Notes under the pieces: generated by a model
Seen by the model: only the letters and a program-made list of their open reading frames with translations
Told to the model about the DNA's origin: nothing
Database searches by the model: none
Assembly (NCBI GenBank): GCA_002189035.1
Contig: NEEC01000132.1
Location: 1 to 35,606 of the forward strand
Reading direction: 5' to 3'
Length of the DNA stretch: 35,606 bases
Origin: Utricularia gibba
Taxonomy: Eukaryota > Plantae > Magnoliophyta
Made by a program: the position numbers and the translations under genes
In this document: positions 23,401-34,309 of the stretch, piece by piece
How positions within the stretch are numbered: position 1 is the first letter of the stretch
Layout of the letters: every line of letters begins with the position of its first letter

Positions 23401-23593
23401 AAAAAATTTAAAAAAAATCATAAAAAATTAAAAAATTAAAAAAAAATTAAAAAAAATAAATAAATGTATATTATTTCAAACACTTTTTTCAGACACCCAT
23501 ACGAATTACGACGGAAGTGGGTGCCTGAAAAATCTTCTCAAACACCCCTTCCAAGACACATTAACGATAGATGTGGATGCAGCGGAGGGTACC

Positions 23594-24540
23594 TTAGTCA
23601 TGGGGCATGCGGGAGTGTGAAGCAGTAGCCATAAGAGTGTCCAGCTTCATGGAAAGCGCAGAAACCTGTTCCTGGAGACTCTGAATAGCTAGCAGCAGGG
23701 TGTGTTTGGTGGGGCTTGAAGGTGCAATGCTCAAGGGGATATCAGTTGGTGCACCATATGGATTCACAATGGAGGGGGGCATGGAAGTGATGGTACTCTT
23801 GGTACCCACTTGCATGAAAACAGCCTTCCCCTCAACCTCCTTCAGGTAGCTATAAGAAAACAAGTCATTCAAATCTAGATAACGGAAATGATCATCTATC
23901 TGAGGGGTCTGTTTGTCAAGGTTAACTTTGAGGTGTTGGGCGATCTTGGTGATGAGGGAAGCAATTGGGAGCACTCTTTCATTTTTGGCGGTGATGGAAT
24001 GCATTTGAGTGGCAATCCACCATCCCAAATTGATGGGGAGCTTCTTCATCATCGCCCACAAAAAGAACACGATCACCTTGGCAATGATGCTGGTGCCTTG
24101 TCAGGTTGCGCTGTAACAGCCTCCCAAATACCTGTTCAACAATAAAAGAGAAGGCCCTCAAGTAATGGGCCTTGAGTTTGCGTACAGAAAATGGGGCTCA
24201 CAGATAGACATGGAAGCATACACATTCAACACATTAAAATGCTCAAGATAATCAGAGAATGCTTGGAGGTAACGTGTAGTGGCTAAATTAGATTCAGAAA
24301 CAAAGCCTAAAGCCACATTAAAATCATTGATAGACATACGAAATTTTTTACCACCAAGGCGAAAAGAAATCAATTCCTCAGCAAGAGGATTACCAGCTAC
24401 ATCCTCAAACACAAAAGTAGTGTAAAATTCAAACACAAGTTTGGGATAAACCGGCAAGCTAATTTCAGAAAATTTACGCCACTCAGGGGAAGCATCAATA
24501 AGCGATTAAGATCAGCAAGCAGATTCTGATGCACCAAAGT
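23594..24540 (-). pseudogene. Athila env-like ORF remnant
   Basis: PVYPKLVFEFYTTF...ISFRLGGKKFRMSINDFNVALGF and FFLWAMMKKLPINLGWWIATQM; downstream of pol on the same strand. Confidence 0.75.
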
Positions 24541-27500
24541 AGGTCATGGGTTGCCTCCCATGCAGCGCCAATTTATAGTCCTTGGCCGACTGTGACACCT
24601 GTTAATGAGCCTCGACTAGAAGTAAGCTGCACACACTGTGCGGCTTAAAATTCTCATAAAATGGCTTCAATTGGTGTCCATTCACCTTAATGCTTTTCCT
24701 TGTCTCAAATGAACGAATAATAACAGCAATAGAGGGAAAAACATTCACAACTTCATAAGGTCCAAGCCACTTAGAACGCAATTTACCGGGAAAGAGTTTC
24801 AATGTGGTATCAAACAAGAGAACTTTTTGACCTACTAAAAATTGCTTCCATGCAACTTACCATCATGGAAGCATTTTACCTTTTCCTTGTGCAAGAGCTG
24901 GTTAGTGTAGGCATTGAGGCGAATTTCCTCCAGCTCATTTACGTCTAAAAGTCTGTTCTCTCCTGCTTGATCGCTAGTCAGGTTGCATGACTTGACGGCC
25001 CAGTACGCCCTGTGATGTAATTCAAAGGATAGATGACATGCCTTATCATAGATCATTCGGTATGGAGACATTCCTATAGGATTCTCGTAAGCTGTACAGT
25101 ATGCCCATAGTGCATCATTGAGTCATAAGCTCCAATCTCGCCTATTTGGGTTTACTGTACGCTCCAAGATCCTTTTCACCTCTCTATTTGATACTTCCGC
25201 CATGCCATTTGTTTGAGGATGTCTAGCTGTGGACAGGCGGTGGTTGACTCCATATTTGGCCGATGCACTCTTGATGGCATGATTCACAAAATGGGTGACA
25301 TTATCTAAAATTATAATTTTGGGATGTCCAAACCTAGGAAACAAGATGTTTGTCAAGAAATTACCCATGGTTTTGGCATCATCCCTTTCACAAGCAATGG
25401 CTTCAACTCATTTGGAAACATAATCAACAGCAAGAAGGATGTAGAGCTTCCCTTGAGAAGGGGGAAATGGTCCCATGAAGTCGATGTCCCATGCATCAAA
25501 GATCTCATACATGATAATGGGTTGAATGGGCATTTGATCTCTATATCTCAAAATTTCACCTCTTTGACAATGTGGGCATGCCTTGCAATGAAGGTAGGCA
25601 TCCTTTAATATGGTACGCCAATAAAGTCCAGCTTCCAAGACCTTCTTTGCAGTAACTTTTGCACCAAAGTATCCACAGCAAGGTAGCTCATGACAATGTG
25701 AAAGGATAGAGTGCATTTCATCGAGGCACTTGGACGCATAGTGGATAACATGGGATTGTTTCTCCACCTTTTGTCTTGCACCTAGAGCTACATCACATGC
25801 ATCACACATTAGTTCAAATGGTAGATCCCAATTTGGAGCCTGAATATTGGGAGCTGAAACCAGCTTCTCTTTTAAAACATCAAAAGCATGCATGCATGCA
25901 TTTTTCATCAAAGTGAAACTCAACATCTTTATGCAATAAGGCACATAGAGGAGATGCAATTTTCGAAAAATCTTGAATAAACCTACGATAAAAATCAGCA
26001 TGTCCAAGGAAAGAACGTGCATCTCTCACACAAGTAGGATAAGGTAATTTTTGGATTACCTCAATCTTGGCCTTGTCAACCTCAATTCCCATTTGGGAAA
26101 CAACATGTCCTAAAATGATACCTTGTTCTACCATAAAGTGACATTTCTCATAATTCAAAACAAGGTTAGTCTCAACACAACGCTTCAAAATCAATGACAA
26201 GTTAGCAACACATTCATCAAAGCTATTTCCATAAACCGTAAAGTCATGCATAAAAACCTCAATAATATTCTCAACATATTCAGAAAAAATACTAACCGTG
26301 CATCTCTGAAATGTTGCTGGTGCATTGTAAAGTCTGAAGGGCATTTTATGGTAAGCAAAAGTTCCAAAAGGGCAAACGAAAACAACCTTAGGTTGATCCT
26401 CAAGAGCCACGGGTATTTGATGGAAACCGGAGTATCCATCCAAGCAATAATAATGGCTCTTTCCAGCAAGTCTTTCCAACATTTGGTCAATGAATGGAAG
26501 TAGGTAGTGGTCCTTCTTGGTGATTGCATTCAGCTTTCGGTAATCTACGCACATTCGCCAGCCATTTTGCACTCTTGTAGGCAGGAGTTCCCCTTGGTCA
26601 TTGGCCATGCATGTGATGCTTGTTTTCTTCGGGACAACCTGCACAGGGCTAACCCACTCACTATCAGATATAGGATAGATTATACCTGCGGCCAACAACT
26701 TCAGAATCTCCTTGACCACTTCAATCATAGGTGGATTCAATCTCCTCTAAGGTTGGCAAATTGGCTTTGTTGCCTTCTCCAAATAAATGCGGTGTGTACA
26801 TATGGAGGGGCTTATGCCTTTAAAAACTGCCAATATCCACCCAATTGCGTGTTTGTGCTCCTGGAGCACACTCCTGAGTTTTTGCTCCTATTCAGGGGTT
26901 AGTGTACTAGAGATAATAACAGGTAAAGTCTCATTTTCGCCCAGAAATAAATATTTCAAATGCTCAGGGAGAGTTTTTAACTCTAGTAATGCGACATGAA
27001 TAACGGAAGGAATCAGCTGTTTCTTAGGCATTTCCAGACTCAGAAAAGCAACGTCAGAAAATTCAGGTTTTTTTCAGGAAAATGATCAAAATAACTTAAA
27101 AGTTCAGAATCAGAAAAAGAAATACGATCAGAATCAAAATTTTCAGTAAGGCATTTGAGCAAGGGATCTTTTTCATGGAGCATCACTAAGTGTTCTACAT
27201 CTGCGTCAGATGTAGATATTGAGAAAATCTCGTTAATCTGGTCCGGATATTGCATGGCTTTGTCCAGGCTGAAGTCAGCACCTACCCATGGAACTGTAGG
27301 GAAATTCTGCCGGCTTGGACGTCAATTTTGGTGCCTTCAGTAGCCATAAACGGTCGTCTCAAAATGATGGACTCCGAAATCATGGGATTTTCACTCTCCA
27401 TGGGAATAACTAAAAAGTCAGCAGGAAAAATCAAATCTTTTTAATGCACAAACACATCATCAACCCTACCATTAGGCTTCACATGTGATCTATCAGCCAA

Positions 27501-29766
27501 TTGACAAACTGATGCTCCTAAATCAGTAGGTTCAAGTTTACCTAGCTTAGATGCAAGATAAAGAGATCTAGGCATAACATTAACTGATGCTCCTAAATCA
27601 CACATGGCCATTGAAATTTTTGTCTCACCAATAGTAATAGGTATGGAAAACATACCTGAATCTTTACACTTTCGTGGAAGCCTTCTCTAAATAATTGCTG
27701 AAATATTTTCAGTCAAAGGAATTACCTCTTCCACTTTTTCCTTCTTCCTGGGGTCACATAAATCTTTCAGCATTTTCGCATATTTCGGCACTTGATCTAT
27801 CATGTCCAGCAAGGGAATATTCATGTTCACCTTCTTTATCACCTCCAGAAAGGCTTTTAGTCCATGTTTGTCCTTATTTTTCCTACGAAGTCTCATAGGG
27901 AAAAGAGGAGGAATGACTAGAGGCTTAGGTTGATCAATTTCTTGCGGCTCCTTCTCCTTCACTTCTTCAAGTGGCATTGGTACAGCAGTGTTATGGATTG
28001 GAGAATCATCAGGATTCTCTAAAATAATCTCATGATCCACGTCATCATCGTCGTCCAAGACTTCTAATTCTTTTTCTTCAGATCTGTCCACCTTAGTCAT
28101 GAACCATGAGTAAGGTTCCGATAGATCCTTCCCACTTCTTAAAGATAGTGCGTTGATGTGCTCTGGGTTCTTCAGTGGCTGGGATGGCAGTGCTCCTTGC
28201 GTCTCCTGTCAGTTCATGGCTTGAACCAGTGGGTAATCTGAGTTTGCATGCTTGTAATTCATCCATCCATGTTTTTTTGAGCGGCATGCATCTTGGTGGT
28301 GCTCTCGGCAAGGGACTTCACCATGGACTTTAGATTCTGATTCGGCTGATAAGGAACAAGGGGTTGATCTGGAACTCCAGTGATTTGCAAAGGTTCAGAC
28401 GGAGCAGTGAGGGTTTTCTGAGGAACAGTAGAAGGGTTCCCTAGTGATGGGGCTTGACCAGGAGATACTGGTTGTCTCCAGCGGTAACTAGGGTGATCTC
28501 TTCTCGGCATTTGGTAGTTTCCGTAATTGTAGGTTCCTCCTTGGTTCTGATAGAAGGCGTTCGCCTCTTCTACTGGCATCTCATGTATCATAGGACTTGG
28601 ATAAGAAAGATGAGAGGTTGAAGATCCTTGATACATTCCTTGTTGTTAGAGAAGTGATTGGAAGCCAAGCTTCAAGGTATCACTCATAGTAGCAAGTTGA
28701 GTAAAAACTTTAGAGTTGTCCACTTCACGCACTGATTTGATAGGCTGAGAAATCTCTCCAGGTGCTCGATATGAGTGGTCATAACGGCTGGAAGGAGAAT
28801 AAGAGTTGGCAGCCATTTGTTCTATCAATCTTCGGGCGTCAGCGCTGTGGCGGTTCTCTAGTAATGACCCATTACAAGCGGCATCCATATTTCCTTTGAT
28901 CATGGGAGTCAGTCCTTCGTAAAAATGCTGTTAAAATTTGACCTTCAGTAAGTCCATTCTTTGGATAAGTATAACAGATCCGGTTGAATCTGTCATAATA
29001 CTCCCATAAATTCTCGCTTTCACTTTGTAGCATGGTAGCTAAAGCTCTTCTTCTGGCGGAGGCTCTTCCTAAGGGTGCATATCGATCAAGAAACTTCTGA
29101 ACCATTTGCTCCCAGGTTGCAATAGAGGATGGTGGTATTCCATACAGCCACTCCAAGGCTCGCTCAATGAGACTGAAAGGGAAGACCCGTAGCTTGACTT
29201 GGTTCTCCGTTACACCTTTTGGGCGCTTGGATGCACAAGCCATGTGCAACTCATTAAGATGACGATTTGGGTTGTCATTTTCTCTCCTGGCGAACTTAGG
29301 AAGTGTCTGGAACGAATATGGGCAAAGCTCAAAGTCCTCTTTTGCGTGAAAGATAATACAAAGTGATCGGTTAGCATGGTTGGCAATGATTTCTTCTTTT
29401 ATGGTTCTTAGTGCTGGGCCATGATTAGTGATCGGCAGAACTGGAAAAAATTATGGATGCTGTTGCTCCTGTTCTCCATGCATTGTGGGCACTCCAGTAG
29501 ATGGTTGATCATCCATTTCTTCGTCAGGAGATGAATTTGAAGTTAGTTCTCTCTTTTTTCGCCAGAAATGTTCGCTCAATCTCCGGATCTAAGGGACACA
29601 AGATATCTCGGTACGCTCTTAAGCTTCGGTGACACTTCGGTGGAGCTGAATGCATAAAAACAAAGAAAAAGAATAGCAAAACAGAAATAAAAGGAAAACA
29701 AGAAGATAGAAAGAAAAAGAAAAGAAAAAAAAAACTATACACAACACTAAACACAAAGCTACTTAA

Positions 29767-29784
29767 CTCCCTGGCACGGTGCCA
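29767..29784 (-). promoter_or_regulatory. Athila PBS (tRNA-Asp-type, degenerate)
   Basis: TGGCACCGTGCCAGGGAG compared with the canonical TGGCGCCGTTGCCGGGGA. Confidence 0.75.
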
Positions 29785-31475
29785 AAAATATTTACAAAAT
29801 GTAAAACACAAAAAGCCTAGTACGAGTATCGATCTCAGGGAGTTGTTTTTTGTGAAATGTGTTTGTAAGAAACTTTCACCAAAATGTCACGGTTTTGCAA
29901 AAGGGGGTTTTTAAGATACAGAAATAAAAGTTACAACCTAAGTGATGGGCCTTAACTAGGGGACGTAGTTCCTAGGAATAAGATTCCACCTCCATCCTTT
30001 GTCCGTCCTTGCCTCGGTTTTCACTGATTTCCTTCGAATAGCTGGTTATAGGAGCAAAGAATAGCCTATTCTCCCTTACACTCTGATTGACAAGGAGGCA
30101 TGGAAATAGCCTCATTTGATTCCCCTTGGACGATTAGGAAGACAAGAGGATTGCCTTTGATTGCCTTCAAAACCGAATTGTGCGTGTGTGCCCAGCAGTT
30201 GCCAATGGCTAGTGGCAAGTCCGAGGTCACAACCTTTCCACTGTTGCAGTACCTAGGTCACAAACAATCCGCTATTTCCCTCGAACCGGTAGGTTTAGAG
30301 TTGGTGCTCTTCACCTTGATATGCACCAAGGTGAAGACTGCAACAAGATCTGCGAGGAGTGGCCTGCTACTCATGAACCTTGACTAGGAGTCATTATAGA
30401 AAGACTACAACAAGATGTGTGGAAATATGCAGAATCTAAAATCAATTCAGCGAAGAACTGAGTGTATTGCTCAGAACTTGAAAGGAAATTTCATCTTTTC
30501 CTAGAAAATAAAAGGTTTTAGCCACAAAGGACCATCAAACATAACGAAATTAGAAACTAAGTGTTCCTCCTCCTTGAAGGGAGGAAGAACTCAAAAGTTC
30601 TAAGTACAAGAGAAATTGTTCAAAAGTCCGAAACTAAGTGCTCCAAGTGACTTTTATATCACTCCCCACGTGTATTAACTCCTTTGTTCCAATGTTTAAC
30701 TCCTTTGTGTCTAAGTGACACAGGAATATTATTTATTTACTGAAATTTTATTTCAATGTTTAACTAACATGTGACTTAATTTTTTTTGTAATATTTAGGG
30801 TATATTAAAGAATTTAATTTTCAATTTCTTATATTCCAATTAATGCACGAAAACATGGGTATATTTTTGAAAATAGAGTCTTCTTTCAAAATTGCGCAAT
30901 TACCAAATATTAGGGTATGGGTGCCTAGATAATACAATTTTATGGGTGACAGTGCCAGTCGCCCACATTAGCGACTCTAGGTGCCTCAAAATTGGAGTAA
31001 TTAAATAGCATTTCCAAAAGAATTATACAGTGGGTTCAGATCGATTCAAGCGAACAATACTTCTCACCTGAAAACAACAAAAGTAATTACCGACAACCTA
31101 CGAACCTAGAGACATATTGCGCGTAATCATTACCTAATGATTTGGATAATTAAACCAACTCTTCACGCTCCCATACATAGCGCTACACATCATCACCCCA
31201 GCCCCCACTTTACCCACTCCCCACGGTGTCAAGTAAGACAACCCTAATCCCCACCCATCTGGTAAGAAATTTTCTTACCTCTTTCCCCTGTCCCCCCCAG
31301 CCAAAAGTGACCGGACGCCCCCATAGTCCCACCACCAACTTGGAGTGTATTTTAAATTAAACAAGGTATGTGATTTATTTTCCACCATGGGTTGCTGATC
31401 TGTGTTCCAAATTGAAATACCTTGTCCAATTATTGTAGTTTGATTTTTTATACAATACCTATGGGTGTTTTGTAG

Positions 31476-33730
31476 ATGTATACTTCTGAAAAATTGAGAA
31501 CTAGATTCTTAATACAGGATGAATATGAGATTTGGGACAAAGAACTGGATGAGTTGATTGAGAGTGAAATTCCAAACCATGTGGGTCCAATGGGATTTGC
31601 CTTAAGCACGGAACATTTTCGTTGTGGTTTGCACTTACCATTGTTGCCCTTTTTAGAAGAAATATTAGAATGTTTAGAGATTCTATTATCTCATTTGACT
31701 CCAAGATCTATCTCATATGTGTTGGCTTTTGTGAGTATTTGTGAGGAGTTATCTCTTGAAGTAGAACTTCGTTTTTTTTGTGCTGTGAGTGTATGCTCTA
31801 GGACTCCAAACAAGAACCACTACACCCTAAAGGGGAAAAAAGGGTTGTTGCTAGTGAAAGATGTGAGAAGAGAATTTGAGGAATGGTGGATAAGTTTTGT
31901 TTGGATACGTCCTCCAATGGAAACAAAATTTCCTCAAATGCATCCTAATTCGAGTGAAGTAGGAAAGGCAAAAAGTAAATTTTTCATTATATTGCTAGAA
32001 GAAATATGAATCAAAATATGGAATATTTTTATCAAATATTTTTATTGAATATTTGTATTGAATGTTTTTATTTAATGTATTATGATTGAATGTTTTTTAA
32101 TCTACTCTTATTAAATCTATTGTTATTAAATAGTCTTATTGAATATTTTTAGTGAAGTTAATCTTATTAAGTCTTGTTTTTATTGAATATTTTTTGGACT
32201 CTACTTTTATTCAATCTAATTTAATTAAATTTGTTTGTTAATTTTTTTGATTATGTTCTTATCCAATATTTTTGAAAGATATTTTTTTTCAATGTATTTT
32301 TATTCAATCTATTCTTATTGAATACTTTTCTATCTATTTTTATTTAATCTATCATTACTGAATATTTTATTGAATATTTTTTAATCTATTCTTATTGGGT
32401 ATATATTTATACAGTTTAATGGTATTGAATATTTTTTTCAATACTCTTTTCGAATATGTGTATTCAATTTATTGCTGTCGAGTTTAATTCTTTTTTGTTG
32501 TAGGATTTGATACCTTGCACAAGAGGGATGTACAAGATCTTATACTCCTTTTCTCCAGTATGCAAATGAGTTTTATTGACATTTTACCACCATTTGTGGA
32601 TGCACCAGGGACAATGTTATTGGTGTGGTGTGTTGAAGAATCCTAGAGTATCTTAAAAGAATGAAGACTTGTCTAGGAATGAGAGGACACAAGAGAGTAA
32701 TGATGTTGAAGGGACGAGCTCACACATGGACTCAATGATGTGGATGAGAGACTTGAATTTATAACAAAGGAGGATGAAGAGCTTCACTACAAGTTGGATT
32801 GGTATGAGAGTCGTTGGGCATATACCGGACCCTCTTTGAGTGCCTCTGAGCCTTAACGAAAGCTGATAATCTTGGATGTCAATGGTGTGCTCGCAGACAT
32901 CATGTATAGGGCTGGATCGTCAAGGTCATGAATCCCTCCAGATAAAATTATATATGGCCGATCAGGTACTAAAACAACACTTATTTTGTGTGTTATTCGC
33001 ATTCAAGATTTGTGAGATATCATAGGTGATTTTTGGTGTAATTTATGCAATCTTTCTATGTCCATATGCCCGTGACTTTATTAGGTAGTGTATGGATAAT
33101 TTTGATGTAGCCTTATGGTCATCCCGTGGCGGGTACGTGTGTTGCTTTTTTTTTTTGGTTGGTATTTAGAATGGTGCCAATTCTTGTAATTGATTTATTT
33201 TGTAGGGAGCAGCTACAAGCAATCACTAAATGGGTCTTTCTACCTTCGTTATTTGATAAAGTCATTTTTGTGTGGGATCAAACGATGACTACGGACACGG
33301 GTGTATGTGTTCACAGAAATCCTAGCAACACGGTCTACATGAAGGAGTTGAGTCGTGTATGGGCTGTCAACAATGGATTAAACACAAGATATGACCGTCA
33401 AAACACCTTATTGATTGATGATTCACCTCAGAAGTCAATGAATTATCCGGTAAGTCATTTTTGCTATTCTACTCTAGCATACACTTGATTATACATCAAA
33501 ACTAACCCTTAATTTTTCAGGAAAATAACGATGTTTTACCAAGTCCCGATTTGCATACTAATAGGGATGATGCATCACTAAATATTGATGGTGAGATGCG
33601 GACTTTCCTTGAAGGGTTACGGTATGCTCATGATGTTCCAAGTTATGTTAATGAGAACCGAATAGCACAGCCTCCCATACGTGAGGGACATACCTTATGG
33701 GAGTATTATGCATGCCTACAAGATTGTTAG
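31476..33730 (+). pseudogene. Spliced fusion gene: Transposase_28-like domain plus FCP1/NIF-like HAD phosphatase domain (decayed)
   Basis: Exons 31476-31974, 32504-32965, 33051-33132, 33206-33449, 33521-33730 with matching splice phases. Exon 1: FRCGLHLPLLPFLEEIL...HLTPRSISYVLAF...EEWWISFVWIRPP. Later exons: RKLIILDVNGVLAD, VFLCPYARDFI, FDVALWSSR, IFVWDQ, YMKELSRVW, NTLLIDDSPQKS, GEMRTFLEGL...LWEYY*. Several stops and one mutated acceptor (TGCAA at 33046-33050). Confidence 0.8.
32030..32470. repeat. Degenerate AT-rich minisatellite (TATTGAATATTTTT-like units) in intron
   Basis: At least 7 imperfect copies of TATTGAATRTTTT. Confidence 0.7.
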
Positions 33731-33959
33731 AGGGAGCCTCTAATATTAGTTCTTTTGAACACTTATATTGTAGTTGCAATATTTTTGTTGATGACTTTTT
33801 TTTTTTAGTAGAGAATTATGTTGTTAGTGTTAAATTCATTGAATTCCCATATGCATTGTGTGAAATATGCTCTAGTGAATAGTGATTCTTTAAATTCATT
33901 TTGGAGGCACGTATAATGATTTCTTAGGGTGCCTCTAATGCCTCGGCAGCGTGAGCCTC

Positions 33960-34180
33960 AGAATTAGGGTTGTCATTCTAGGTCGTCCAGGCACTCTGAT
34001 CCATAATTGAGGGTGCATGGGATCTTCTATGGACTCTAGAGTTTGGAGTCCTGGATACCCTTAACGAACGCAGCGTGTACTTTAGAATTAGGATTGTGGT
34101 TAGAGGTTGTCCAGGCACTTTGATCCGTTATTAAGGGCAACTGGGATCTTCTCTAGAGCCTAGACACCCTTAACGATTAT
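33960..34180. repeat. Two diverged ~124-bp tandem units
   Basis: AGAATTAGG...GTCCAGGCACT.TGATCC...TGGGATCTTCT...ACCCTTAACGA starting at 33960 and 34084. Confidence 0.75.
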
Positions 34181-34309
34181 TAAGAGATGTGAAATATATG
34201 ATGTTAATTTTGAAAATATAATGTATTTAATTCTTCTTATTTTTTGTTTTCAAAATATATGAAATAGATGATGTTTTTATTTCAAAATATATGAAATATA
34301 TGAAATAGA

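Larger units (their letters stand above)
23594..30700 (-). mobile_element. Ty3/Gypsy Athila-type retrotransposon with env-like ORF; 3' end missing, 5' LTR boundary approximate
   Basis: tRNA-Asp-type PBS TGGCACCGTGCCAGGGAG (29784-29767). gag (LDPEIERTF; VKLRVFPFSLIERALEWL), protease CDLGASVNVMP (27441-27653), RT (ILKLLAAGIIYPISDSEWVSPVQVVPKK...FMHDF, 25880-26740), integrase (WDIDFMGPFP, HPQTNGMAEVSNREVKRILE, GKLRSKWLGPY), env-like ORF. Confidence 0.9.

Noticed and set aside
23594-24540. env-like ORF as evidence of an endogenous virus or a novel gene
   Set aside because: It is a normal, known feature of Athila elements and is decayed here.
33955-33972. TTAGGG-like telomeric motif
   Set aside because: Single occurrences only; no array.
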